DNA of 64,000 nt from Takakia lepidozioides (Eukaryota; Plantae; Bryophyta): NCBI GenBank assembly GCA_030704615.1, contig CM060731.1, positions 56,916,001 through 56,980,000 on the forward strand, read 5' to 3'. Positions 47,494-59,797 of this stretch are shown here, piece by piece. Each line of letters starts with the position of its first letter. The first letter of the stretch is position 1. Under the pieces are notes generated by a model, which saw nothing but the letters and a program-made list of their open reading frames with translations, was not told where the DNA came from and made no database searches. A program made the position numbers and the translations under genes.

Positions 47494-49083
47494 CTATTGT
47501 CGATTCAAGTGATCTAGATTACGCTCTCTGATTGATGATTGCAAGGGGTTCTTCATTTTAAGCGTCATATCATAAACTTCAGAGAGGTCTACCTGTGCAC
47601 CAGACTCAACTGGGCCCCACTCAAAGTTAAGCAACAGATTGGCAAGAAATAGATTCATGTGCAGCGATGCCATATGCATTCCTGGGCAGATCCGTCTCCC
47701 CACACCGAAGGGCAAGTACTTCAGCCTCTGATCTTCTACCATGGACTCTGAAGCTTGCAAGAATCTCTCGGGAAGAAACTCCAGTGGAACATCCCACAAT
47801 TTGGGGTCCCTGCCAATGGCTGCCAAGTGAACAATTACCGTGGCTTTTGCTGGAATGTCGTATCCTTGCAGCTTGCTGTCCTGAGTTGTACAACGCAGAA
47901 CTCCAAGAGCCAATATAGGGTGCAGTCTCAAGGCCTCCTTCGTTATTGCGGAGAGGTATGGAAGTTTCTCCAAAACCTCCTCTCCTACAATTTTGGACTC
48001 TCCCACCACTTTCTGGATCTCATCATAGGCTTTGGTCTGCACATGTGGATGTGCCACCAACTCGGCAAGCGCCCATTCGAGTGCCTGTGCAGTTGTGTCC
48101 GTGCCCCCCACCATGAGCTCCAGAAGGGAACACAAAATCTCCTGATCCGTGAGACTGTCTTCACCTTCGAGAGTGAGAAGGACGTCGAGAAAACTTTCAG
48201 TCAAATGAACTCCGCTCTGCAAAAACTTTCGTCGGCTATGGATTGCAGGCAAGAGAAAGGCCTGTGCTCGGCCAACAACCTCTTTTAATCCACGGTGAAC
48301 CTCATTGGAAGAGCCCAACATTCGGGCGATCGGGACAAAATCACCCACCGTCGATACCGAAATCAGTTTGAGGTAATCATCGAGAATTTTGTCCAAACGG
48401 ACCAAATTCTCATCCTTTAGACTCCCAGAAAACTCAAATTGGCTGCCGAAGAGCACACGCATCATGATGGACAACGTTGCAAATCGCAAACTGGAAAGTG
48501 GCTGGACCACCCCACATGCTCCCTTGGCCTCCTCTCTAACTCTTTGGAGCAGCCTCTCTGCCTGTAAACTTCGTTGTGGCTTGTAACTTACGAGCTTGGC
48601 TCGACTCAGCACCTGGGCGCTAAAGGTTTTCCTCAACTTTTGGTAATAGGGCCCATACTCGGAGGTCACCATGGTGCGATAGTTTCCACTCGGCACTTTC
48701 CAGGAGTCATATTGTGGACGGGAAGCATAAATAGAGCCCTGTGTCACTAGAGCTTCACGAGCTGCTACTTCCCCAGTAACAACAATTGTGGGGACTGCGC
48801 CCATCCAAAGAGTGTAAATCGGGCCGTATGTCTCTGCTAGCCTCTGTAAACTCTCATGCACAGCTCCTTTTGTCAACATGGTCAGGTTTCCCAGTATAGG
48901 CCATGGTCGTGGCCCGGGTGGTAGCCTCTTCTTGCTGCATAGCATGACGCGCAAGCTGTGATGGGCAAGGGCAACGGTGAGCACAATGATCATGACTAGT
49001 TGAAGAAGGTAATTGTTGGCCATGATCTGTTTCGTGACTTCCTGCTGCAGGCTAGATGTTAGAAGTGTGGACTCATTATCCAT
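47494..49083 (-). CDS. Cytochrome P450, CYP71 clan (CYP77/CYP89-like), intronless, copy 2
   Basis: Intact ORF with GGTDTT, EALR, PERF and PFGVGRRICPG. The first in-frame ATG is at 49083. Confidence 0.95.
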   Translation of the reverse strand: MDNESTLLTSSLQQEVTKQIMANNYLLQLVMIIVLTVALAHHSLRVMLCSKKRLPPGPRPWPILGNLTMLTKGAVHESLQRLAETYGPIYTLWMGAVPTIVVTGEVAAREALVTQGSIYASRPQYDSWKVPSGNYRTMVTSEYGPYYQKLRKTFSAQVLSRAKLVSYKPQRSLQAERLLQRVREEAKGACGVVQPLSSLRFATLSIMMRVLFGSQFEFSGSLKDENLVRLDKILDDYLKLISVSTVGDFVPIARMLGSSNEVHRGLKEVVGRAQAFLLPAIHSRRKFLQSGVHLTESFLDVLLTLEGEDSLTDQEILCSLLELMVGGTDTTAQALEWALAELVAHPHVQTKAYDEIQKVVGESKIVGEEVLEKLPYLSAITKEALRLHPILALGVLRCTTQDSKLQGYDIPAKATVIVHLAAIGRDPKLWDVPLEFLPERFLQASESMVEDQRLKYLPFGVGRRICPGMHMASLHMNLFLANLLLNFEWGPVESGAQVDLSEVYDMTLKMKNPLQSSIRERNLDHLNRQ

Positions 49084-51569
49084 GGTGCTCGGAGGGTAGA
49101 AAATCCCACTACCAGGTGTCAGATAAAAAATTTCGTACTTGGTTGGGTTTTCCGTGGTCAAATATCATACCAGAGGCTTAGAACTTTGGACTCGTTATGC
49201 ATGGTGCATGCTCGGAGGGTAGTAATTCCCGCTACCAGGAGTTATATAAAGCTTTTCGTACTTGCAGGTTTGGTTTTGTCAACTATCATCTTACAGTCAG
49301 CTTGGAATCGGAAAGATGAGTACACTAGGTGCGAAGCACAAGAGGAAGAGTTTAGAGGAGACTGTAGCTTAACGAGCCTCTCGATTTCCAGATCAGACTC
49401 AATTTCTTTATAACCATACTCAGGTTGAGCAGAGTGAAAGGAACCTCCAGGGATCCTCCTAGTGTAGTAGTGCAGGTGCATCCTATACAACAACTCTCTG
49501 TCGAAGAGACCATTCCGACAAGCCTCTTTTCCAGTCTAAGCTTCTAAGATTAAGTATAGGAGAAGGGCCTAAGTGGAGGGCCTTCGGCCATTTGAGGGCC
49601 GTGGACAGGGCGGGTATCTCGAGGCCATGTCCCCAAAATGGCCTAAGGCCCGCCACTTCTCGTCGGTTAAGAACTGCCCGAAGTGTAGCTCTACGAATTC
49701 GTAAGGTTCCTGCGACAAAACAATATGTAGAGCAGTTCAGAGCTGTTCATTTACTAGTCACTAGTTGCTTTCTAGTTTCTAGAGAATTCTAGTTTCTACA
49801 TAGTTGACTCTTTAAATAGTTCTAATAGGGTAGAAACACCTTTCATGGTGGACGAAGTTGGGTAAATGTAATAACATTATGTGCTTTTAACCTATGAGAT
49901 CATGTAATACCTTAAAGAAAAAAATTTCTATAGCTTTATGGGCACGGGTTATAGAGCAGAATGGGGGTATTAGGGCGTCACACCCGAGCTCCCCGTGGGC
50001 GGGAGCTTACACGTAAGATCCTTGCAACGCGGGGAAAAATGTATCGGGTAAGTCAACGTATAGTGTAAGTCCGCCGCCTGAGGGTGTACCGCGGTGTGAG
50101 GGGAGTGACCGAGGGCGCAGCCCGAGGTCACGACACGAACACTGCCCCAGGGTGGGGGACTTGCGCAGCGTAAAGACATAGGGTTATTTTGGATGCTTTT
50201 ACTTGGAGCCAATATGACCTGTCAGACACTTTAAAAAGGCTTCAACATGCATTTTATTTGGAGCAGATCTGCAAAGTTACTAAGGGTTAACCATTAAACG
50301 AGAAGCACCATTTTGGTGGGCCCAGTACAAAATAGTGCATACCCTCATGGATAAGGGTAGAACTTCTTACTCCCAATCATCCATGGGAATGAACCTTATA
50401 CTTATGTACATATCTACTACATGGACGTTTTGTCAAAAGTGTAGGAAATTTGACCATTGTGTTTGGCAGATTATAACAGAATAATCTGCCCCAATTTGTA
50501 AATATATTTTATTAAGATTGCATGGAAAAGATGGTTTGAGATCGACGAGACAACCCTAATCGGGTCACATTGTCGTTTAGGGGTCACACAGCGGAAAGTC
50601 GGCAGGCAGGAATTTTCCACTAGACAAACTGTGGTCTTGTTTTTTAGCGTATTTTGGGTGCCTCAACATGTTAGCCTCCTTAGGCCCCGGCCGCACCTGG
50701 CTGCTAAGCGGCTTGCTAAGCGGCTTGCTAAGCTAGCTACCAGCCGTTAACGGCGTGGTGACGGCCGCACTTGCCCGTTACAACCCCCGCTAGTTAGCGG
50801 GCTCCTAGCTGCTGTTAAAGCTGACGTAGGGGTTCCTCCGAAATTTAGCACGTCCTCCCCCAAGGTGGTAAATCGCGGTCACCGACTAAAAATCGGGCAG
50901 TCGATCTTGCGCGCAACAGAGGTATGCAGCAACTCCCCTTCCCTGCCCCTCTTCCCTCTCTCTCTGCCTCCCTCTCTTCATCTCTCTCAATCCATCTCCT
51001 TCTATTCTTGTTCTTTCTTGTTTTTTGTTTTTGTTTTTGGTTGTTTGTGTATTCATGGGGTGGGTGACTGCACAGCAAGGAGCGCGGGGCGGGCGCGAGC
51101 AAGTCACCGGCGACCGCAGCTCAGTCAATGCAACTCGTTCGCAATTCAGTGAGTGCCATTTACATAGTGCTTTGTGCTTTCCACATGGAGTGCTTTGTGA
51201 CTGGTGCAATGGGCTTCCCTCCTGTTGTTCTTGTGGTCTCCACTGTTGGCGTCAGGCTTGAATTGAGGAATTGATCCACGCTCAGTCTTTGGGCAGCTGT
51301 TGGCTAGGCTTGTTGTTGGTTTCTTCTGTTTGAGAGGTGCTGGGTCAATTGCCATGTTGTATATGTACAGGTGGTTGTCCGGTTGTATTGATTTATTGTC
51401 ACTTGCCATTAAAGTGGGTTAAATGACAATGAACATCATTGTTGGGTCTACTTAGTGGCTGGCTTACAATATCTGAAGCAAACATCCAAGCCAAGAACGA
51501 TAGCAGATAGTGAAATGTCCAGGGATGGTGTGATTGACTTAAAAACTGATGAGGTCCAAACTTGCCAAA

Positions 51570-53200
51570 ACATATTGTACTCATAAGACGTTGTTTGCCG
51601 TAGCCTTGTGGCCATTGACCCCGCGCCCAGTTTGAGTGGGAACAAAAGGAACAGAACCTACCTCCATCAGGGGCTGACGTTGGTAGTAAGACTTACCATC
51701 ATATAAGGAATTAATCCGGGTTTTCCAGATATCCTCTAGAAAACCCTTCACACAAGCATCAATCTGATGTGTGTGATTTGCCCAAAAACTAGGCCTCAGG
51801 AGGGCTTGGGCTTTTGGCTCAGCCTCGAGACTTTCAAAGTTGGTAAACAGGGGTACAGGCACAATTCCCTTGATAGAATTGAAGAGAGCGTCTCCTTGGT
51901 GAGAGAACCCCGGAAAGTAAAAAAAAAGTGAATATTGTCTTCAGATTGCCCACACAGCGGGCAATTGCACTCTCCCTTTCCTCTCTGCTTCTGTTTGCTG
52001 TTCAAAGGTAGGCTTCCTGCCCCTTGGACATCTTGGATGACCGGGATCTCTTGGCTACCCCACTGCCACTTAAGATCACTTCCTCCCTCTCCTCTGTCGT
52101 TGAATGCTACCACTGCACATTTGCTGACATTAGCCTCTAGCCCCCAAAGATCAAAGTATCTCTTCACGCAATCAATCAACTCCTGGAGATTGGTTGGAGT
52201 CTCCCCTATGCCTGCAAAGTCATCCGCAAACATAAGGACTGGCATGGTGGTATCACCCACCCTTAACCCAAATCCTTCACTTTCCACATCCTCGAGGAGT
52301 TGATTGATGAAAACATTGAAGAGCAGAGGGGAGAGAGTACATCCTTGAGCTACACCTTGGTCTATGTCAAAGAAGTTGGACTTCTGTCCGTTAACAGTGA
52401 CACAGCTTTTGGTGTGAGCATACAAGTTGTGGACAACTCTCCACATCTTTCCCTTGATCCCACAAGACCAGAGGCGGAACCATAGGCCATCTCTCCACAC
52501 TGTGTCATAAGCCTTTTTGATATCCAAGGAAAAAACATAAGTGGGTTTCCCTTCTTTTTTCCTTCCCTGAATAATCTGGCTTAGAGTGAAGATATGATCC
52601 ACACAGCCCCTGTTTCGCCGAAAGCCAGCTTGGCCTTCGTGGAAACAACCTCTAGACTCCAGATCAACCTCGAGACGAGTACTTATAACTCTGCAGAATG
52701 TCTTGCCAACAGCATTGAGGAGCGTGATGCCACGGTAGTTCCCCGGTTCTTCTCTGTCACCCTTCTTGTATAGACTGACAATGACCCCCTGTCGCCAGCG
52801 AAAGGGGATCATTTCAGACTTCCAGATAAGGTTAAAGAGGAGAACTAGGGCCTCTATCATGGGATCGCCACCGTGCTTGAGCTCGTTGACAATACCATCA
52901 GGTCCACCAGCTTTATATCCATTTAAATGTTCAATTGCTTCCACAATCTCAGAAGAACTAATGGGAGCGTTATAAGCCATTGAAATATACTCCAGTTCAT
53001 CAGGGCTGTTTTGAATCATAGGAACAATTTTTCCAACTGTGTCCCTCCATTCAGCATAAGACCCCTCACTGTTAGACCTAGAAGTTCTGCCAAGGATACT
53101 GTAGTGGTTTTCAAAGGTTTTGACAATGTCAACCGATGAAGTCACCACTGCACCTTTAGATATGCCCAATAGAGACAGACAGACAACAACAGAGACTAGA
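51570..53200 (-). mobile_element. LINE reverse transcriptase segment nested in the Harbinger element
   Basis: KAGGPDGI, NYRGITLL, QAGFRRNRGCVDHIF, LDIKKAYD, GVAQGCTLSPLLF and LMFADD, then CPLCGQSEDNIHFFF. Confidence 0.9.
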
Positions 53201-54111
53201 GTAGCACGATTACTCATTTCAAGTTTAAATTGGAAAAAATACCTCAGCTTGCCGACAACCTGCCAGTGTTGCTGCCTGGACCAGTGCTCTTGCAATAGGG
53301 TGGGATGTTGTCCGCTCAACACCAGCAGCCAAAGACAGCAAATCCCTCTCTGTCCATTTTGGAGCTCTGAGACATGAGAACCAATATCCCACCTAAGAAA
53401 ACGGAAAGTGACATAGGGGCACACAAAGAACATCATGCCCTTATTGCAACAACATTCCAGGACAGCACATGCAAATGGTGGCTACAAATTATTCAGCGAG
53501 ACTCTCTTGTAGTTCTAGGTTGTCAAATGGATTTCTCTAAAGATCTCTTCCTTTTTCTCTCTTTCTCAGGGCCCCGTGTGGGCGTTGTCAAGTTTCTTCA
53601 TTCTTTCACTTGCCTTCCAGAATATACAGCAACTGGCAGTGCACAGCCCCACATGCCCCATCTCGCCAGTACAGTGTAGGTATCAGAATCAGTGTTCTAC
53701 TATGTTATGTAGTTTACTCCGTGATCCAATTGTCCATGGCTAAGCAATTTCCGAACCCAGATGATTTGAAGTCCACTGTCAACTCAGTGTTAGTATCCCA
53801 GACTATACACTATTGGCCAAAGTCCTCATGGAAAGCCCTCTCTTGGGTCCACTGGTTTTTAAGGGTCTTCTATGCAGCGGTTGCTAGATGTGCTACTTTG
53901 TCCCATGGGTCCTTGGGGGCTCCCTGTGGACTTTATACAGATTCTTTCTTCCTCATGCAACGGTTTGGTTTGTTATTTGGTTTCTGGTGTTCTAGTGTGT
54001 CCCATCACCCCTTTGATCTCCCTTGGACATAACAATGTTCTTCTTTCTTCTTCTCTTTCTATATGTTTGGAAGCTGAAAGTGGGGGGTTGGGGGGCGCAG
54101 CAAAGTCCACC

Positions 54112-55095
54112 ATGTCTGCATCCACAACGTCTGACAGCACCGGCAGTGGCCATGTGAGCTCCAAAAAGCGAGCCAGAGACAAGAACTGGACGGCTATGGA
54201 GGTACATGTGTTAGCTGTCGCAAAGCGCCATGAGTGGGAGGCTTGGAAGGCCTCCAATGCGCGTGGCAACATGATGTGCGACAAGGTAAAATGGGAGAGG
54301 GTAGTTGAAGTGTTGGAATCGCAGGGTGTGAGCGGACGGGATGTTGCTGGGTGCACCACCAAGTGGCAGCATTTGTGCAAGCAGTACAAAGACATCCGGG
54401 GGCACCAACTCAATGCCACCGGCAACCAGGACTACTTCACGATGAGTTCCGATGAGCGCGTGGCGTTGGGACTTCCGAAGTCCTTCGCCAGGGACCTCTT
54501 TGAGGACATGAACTTCCTGGCTGAGCGTGCGTGCAACGCTCCCAAAGTGACATCAGCGAGCTTGAGGGTAACACCAATTGTTGCTCCTTTGCCCCCTGTA
54601 GACATAGATACATCGTTGCCTCATATGGAAGAGGAAGTACTACCCTATGCTAATAATGAGGCTGCACCTGCTCTACCATCATTGGATGGGGTGGCCCATG
54701 TGCGGGTAGAGCATGATGAGGCGCCGATTCTTGCACGGGGTCGGCCTCCAGTGATGGGCCGGGAGAGGTATACCAACACCTCCCCCACACCTTTTACCAA
54801 TTCGACGGGTAAGAAAAAGAAGGGAAGCACAACCAGTGCCGATCTACTCAAGGCCTTCAAGGAAGGGAATGAAGGTTTGTTCAAAAATATGGAGGAGGAT
54901 AGGAAGGAGAGAATGGACAGGTTTGCCAAATCTTTTCAACTTCAAGATGACATCTTTAAATTTGAGGTTGAAAAAGCTAGAGCAACCTTAGCTACAGAGC
55001 AGGCAGCTTCAGGTAACCAGCGCACCATGGTGTCGCATTTTGGAAAGCTCGTTGAGCATTTTGGAAAGCTAGTTGAGAAGAAAGATGACGCCTAG
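54112..55095 (+). CDS. Harbinger Myb/SANT (trihelix) DNA-binding protein
   Basis: RDKNWTAMEVHVL...KWERVVEVL...CTTKWQHLCKQYK followed by a coiled-coil tail. The ORF is open; the start codon is uncertain. Confidence 0.85.
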   Translation: MSASTTSDSTGSGHVSSKKRARDKNWTAMEVHVLAVAKRHEWEAWKASNARGNMMCDKVKWERVVEVLESQGVSGRDVAGCTTKWQHLCKQYKDIRGHQLNATGNQDYFTMSSDERVALGLPKSFARDLFEDMNFLAERACNAPKVTSASLRVTPIVAPLPPVDIDTSLPHMEEEVLPYANNEAAPALPSLDGVAHVRVEHDEAPILARGRPPVMGRERYTNTSPTPFTNSTGKKKKGSTTSADLLKAFKEGNEGLFKNMEEDRKERMDRFAKSFQLQDDIFKFEVEKARATLATEQAASGNQRTMVSHFGKLVEHFGKLVEKKDDA

Positions 55096-56456
55096 GGATA
55101 TAGGGGATGACGCCTAGAAAGATACAGAATATGCAATCAAAGAACAGAACAAGCTGCATGTGACATATTCAAGTTGCTCTGTTTGTTTAAAGAGACAACT
55201 CTGACATTTTTGATAGATGTTTTTGTATCTCATACTTGTATTCATGCAACTGTGCTTTGAAGTACTGGACCTGACTGCTATGTTTCCTCATTAGAATTAC
55301 AGGAAACGTAAGTTGTTCTGCATGAGCGAGGGCAATTGACTGCACTGCCAAGATTGCCGCATCTTCGCAATAATCTGTGAAGAATGCTGGCACTCTCATC
55401 CTCCCTATGAGGTCCTGAGAACAAATGTCAGCCAAAACAATATTTTAAAACTACAAGCAGCAACTTCTTCTGTTGGATTCATCATAATAACATGGCTCAA
55501 TGCAATGGGATCACCACGACACTGGGCGTTGAACACTGGGATGCACATACACTACATACAAAGATTGTCATTCTCTATTAGTAGTCTAGACGCATTAAGA
55601 AGCTTTAGTGATAACCACCCAAAGCCTCATCTGCAAATTTTAGACACTCAATTTTAAACTTCAAGCAACGGACCTAGTTCCATGCTTCCACTGGATTTGG
55701 GTGCACTTCCAACTAATTATTGTGCATCCAACCTCACAAAGGAGTCGTTGAAGAGCTGCATTCCTGCTCAGGTCTAGGCAGCTAGAGTGGAAAGTTTGAA
55801 AAATAAAGAAGAGAATGCTGCAGACTCTAATCTTAGAGTAAATGACATAAAGATATTAATTTATAAAAAATCCAACGCAGATCTCTTACAGCCCAATTGC
55901 TTGTCTACGCCACTCTCTCCATCTCTTCTATGGGCATTGGAAAGGTTCAGGTTGGGATCCCAGCCTGAGGATGGAAACTGGTAGATGATGGGTTAATCTG
56001 CAGTGTTTGCTTGTACCCAGCTTGTGTCAGGGAAGACAACAGGGGATTGGGACTGAGGAACATTTCTTCTTCCACTATCCACTCTAATGCCTGCTAGAAA
56101 AGAAAGGAGAGAATGTACTCATAAGACCTTGTGTGATGTAGCCTTGTGGCCATAAACCCTGTGCCCAGTTTGGGTGGAAGAAGAGGGAACAACCACTACC
56201 TTTGTGGGGCCTCACTCCAGTAGTTCAACTTACCTCAGCCTTCCTAGATCCCCACTAGAAAGCCCTTCACAGAGGCATTATCAACAACAACCTCCTAGTC
56301 AACCCCCACAATCTCTCAGCCCAACATCATCCCCAGCTTTTAAACATAGCTTATGAGCATTGCTTGATCTGAAGATTTCCCGTCTGAAACATGGTTCACA
56401 AACGTCAGAAACGAACATTTCAACATGCAAAAAGTAAGCCTGCATAGAGCACACAG

Positions 56457-57809
56457 TCATGTGTTGATGACGTGGTTGCACAATATCGCCCTCAAATCAG
56501 CACCAACTGTATGGCCCCTATTGACAACTGGTTCTTGACTGTGGGCAACTCGATCACGCTCCATGATGGCTGCCATGGCATCCATCTCATTGTAGATGCC
56601 CTCGAAGTCAACTTCCTTGAAATCAACCAAAAGATTATATAGGATGCAGCAGGCATGAATAACCTGGGGCAAGAAATCAATGTCGAGTTCGCTACTCCAA
56701 CCCACCTCTTTGAAGGTACCTTTCATTCGACCAAAGGCAATCTCCGAGAAAATTCTTGCCTTTGACAATTGGTGATTGAAGACGGTTTTGGCTCTAGAGA
56801 GGACTGGAGCATTGGGAGCTCTTTTGTAACTAGGGATGAGCCAGGGGAGGGCAGGGTAGACTGCATCACCAATAAGGAGTGGTGGGATCTCGTGTCCATT
56901 GTCAAGAATGACATTCTCACCACGCAAAAGAGTGCCCTGTGACGCAGGATAGAAAAGGGGGGAGTTCCGTAACACCCTAGAGTCGTTCATACTGCCGGGC
57001 TCTCCAACATAGATATCTACAAACTTTGCATCTGGATCCACGACCCCTTGTAGAACCATTGAATAGTAACCATTTCTGTTCCTGTAATCAAATTTGATGT
57101 CATTGTTGGGGGCCTTGATTCTGATCTGTGTACAATCAATTGCACCAACAACATTCGGAATCCCTGATCTCTTCTCGTTTTCAAGCATCGATTTCTTGAG
57201 AGTCTCACCTCCTTGCCACTGCAGGTGGTGACCCAGGACAGAGATAATGGCAGGGACCACTTGTCGCAAAAGCTCATACAGAGTTGAACGACCAATTCCA
57301 AAAGCCTCGATAATTTCTATTGTTGTGGCTGCCCACAGTAGTTTATAAAGCACTGCCCCTACTCTCATCGGTACGGGTAAGCTCCTCCGGTACCTAGTAT
57401 CCTACATCTGTATAACCGGTGCAAGGGCATTGCACAACCAATCGAATGTGCCTGCACTCATCTTCATAATCTGCAGCCATCTCTCGTCATCATATTGCAA
57501 AAGAAAGTCCTCAAACCAAGCTCTCGATCTGTGCTTGACCCACATCCCTGAAGACACACCACCTCTCGGCTTGTAGTTCCTAATGGTCCAGAACTGGCGC
57601 TGCAAAAAACTCCTACATGCAAGGAGTAACATATCTGGATCGTCCTCCTTGGCTAGGTCAATATCATGACGAAGCAGAGTCGGTTGTGCCTCTTGTGGGC
57701 GTCTCATCCCAAACAACTCTGGAGCCTGATCGAGCATGAACTGTATAAAGACAAGAATCTCTCCCATGGCAATAGCCAATTCGTTTGTCATATTGAAGTC
57801 TGAACTCAA
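56457..57809 (-). pseudogene. Harbinger (HARBI1/DDE_Tnp_4-like) transposase with one in-frame stop
   Basis: MKMSAGTFDWLC..IQM*DTRYRRSLP..GAIDCTQI..GSMNDSRV..LIGDAVYP..SEIAFGRMK. The stop is TAG at 57402-57404. Confidence 0.9.
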
Positions 57810-57819
57810 GAACCAGCAA

Positions 57820-58070
57820 CACCTCTACTAGGGCAGTATTTAGATTGGCATCTTCTATGACTCCAACTTTGACAATGAACCCTGTAGATATGAGCATTCC
57901 AATGCTTGAGAACACATCTCAAGATGGATATCATACATCACTAACTTAGCTTGATCCACAGTATGGAGCATGAAAATGTAAATGAAAATGTAGTCTCATG
58001 GAGTATCATTATTGCAGGCTATGCTCAGCATGGGTGTGGTAGGGAGGCCCTCCAACTATTTGAACAAACG
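57820..58070. pseudogene. Small PPR fragments inside the Harbinger element
   Basis: Plus strand: ENVVSWSIIIAGYAQHGCGREALQLFEQ. Minus strand: IVKVGVIEDANLNTALV. Confidence 0.65.
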
Positions 58071-58931
58071 CAATGGATAAAACGTAGAGTTTGGACAGAT
58101 CAGAGTGAGTTGTCTGTAAAACAGTCTCTTCTGCAAAGGGCTTGTGTGCAGCAGCTGGTGGGCCCAGAAGGAGCTTGTGCAATATCATTGTGTTCCCTCC
58201 ACTGGACACATAAACTTGAACAGGCTCTTCAAGACCAAAAGGTCGAGGCATTGATGATGTTTAAGCATCATCAGACATTGAAAGACATTTCAAAAGGGAT
58301 CGACCAGCCAAGCATGCCTGTCAAAACAGGGAGAAACCTGCATGGAGCAATTCCAGAAAAAATTCTCACCTTTGCGACTCAGGAAGGCCTTTTGCTGTCT
58401 TCTAGCATCAAATCGCTGTGAACTCTACAGGCACCAAGCACCACAGCTCCCTCTTCCCTGCAGCCTTTCGCAGTTGGTGATCGCTTGTCACTGACAAAAA
58501 GATAGCACAAGTCTCTCAAACTGACCTTCCACTGGAACAGCAGTCTGAACGCGGCAGGGCCTGGGTCGTCAAGCACTCCCACGGGCTCCGTCCACCATAG
58601 CCGCGGGAAGACGGGCGGGCAGCCCGAATTTTTTTTTTTTGCGCTCCTGCTAACAAATTGCCGCGCGACGGTTTGTTAGTAGCCAGGTGCGGCCGCCGTC
58701 GAGGTTCCTGCCAGACCTGCTAGCCGGCGCGCTAGCTGCGGCTAGTGGCCTGCTAGCTAACCGGCAGGTGCGGCCGGGGCCTTTATGAATATATTCTCCA
58801 TGGCAGTCCTTTTCAGTCCTTTTCTTAAGATTAAAGAGTAAAACATAGGAAAGAAAGACAAAAGGCTAGATGTTCCTCTACGGGCACCCTACTTCTACTG
58901 GGTATGGAGTAGGTAAAGCGTTGTGGAGCAT

Positions 58932-59797
58932 CTGATTTCGGTATCGACGGTGGGTGATTTTGTCCCGATCGCCCGAATGTTGGGCTCTTCCAACGAGGTT
59001 CACCGTGGATTAAAAGAGGTTGCTGGGCGAGCAAAGGCCCTTCTCTTGCCTGCAATCCATAGCCGACGGAAGTTTTTGCAGAGCGGAGTTCATTTGACTG
59101 AAAGTTTTCTCGACGTCCTTCTCACTCTCGAAGGTGAAGACAGTCTCACGGATCAGGAGATTTTGTGTTCCCTTCTGGAGCTCATGGTGGGGGCACGGAC
59201 ACAACTGCACAGGCACTCGAATGGGCGCTTGCCGAGTTGGTGGCACATCCACATGTGCAGACCAAAGCCTATGATGAGATCCAGAAAGTGGTGGGAGAGT
59301 CCAAAATTGTAGGAGAGGAGGTTTTGGAGAAACTTCCATACCTCTCCGCAATAACGAAGGAGGCCTTGAGACTGCACCCTATATTGGCTCTTGGAGTTCT
59401 GCGTTGTACAACTCAGGACAGCAAGCTGCAAGGATACGACATTCCAGCAAAAGCCACGGTATTTGTCCAGTTGGCAGCCAATGGCAAGGACCCCGAATTG
59501 TGGGATGCTCCACTGGAGTTTCTTCCCGAGAGATTCCTGCGCCAAGCTTCAGAGTCCATGGTAGAAGATCAGAGGCTGAAGTACTTGCCCTTCGGTGCGG
59601 GGAGACGCATCTGCCCAGGAATGCATATGGCATCGCTGCACATGAATCTATTTCTTGCCAATCTGTTGCTTAACTTCGAGTGGGGCCCAGCTGAGTCTGG
59701 TGCACAGGTAGACCTCTCTGAAGTTTTTGATATGACGCTTAAAATGAAGAACCCCTTGCAATCATCAATTAGAGAGCGTAATTCAGATCACTTTTGA
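58932..59797 (+). pseudogene. P450 copy 3: 5'-truncated, frameshifted, inverted duplicate
   Basis: Near-identical to copy 2 from LISVSTVGDF onward. One G is lost in the GGGGGG run at ~59190. The heme motif is retained. Confidence 0.93.

Larger units (their letters stand above)
50683..58781. mobile_element. PIF/Harbinger DNA transposon
   Basis: Perfect 17-bp TIRs GGCCCCGGCCGCACCTG and CAGGTGCGGCCGGGGCC, with flanks TTA and TTT(A). GCTAG-rich subterminal repeats and convergent Myb/SANT and DDE genes lie inside. Confidence 0.93.

Noticed and set aside
50291-50583. Second complete piggyBac-like MITE
   Set aside because: The left end is related to 7164, but the right flank is TCAC rather than TTAA and the TIR match is weak.
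53872-54111. N-terminal 80 aa of the 407-aa Myb ORF
   Set aside because: Pyrimidine-rich, intron-like sequence ending in a plausible acceptor near 54072; unlikely to be coding.
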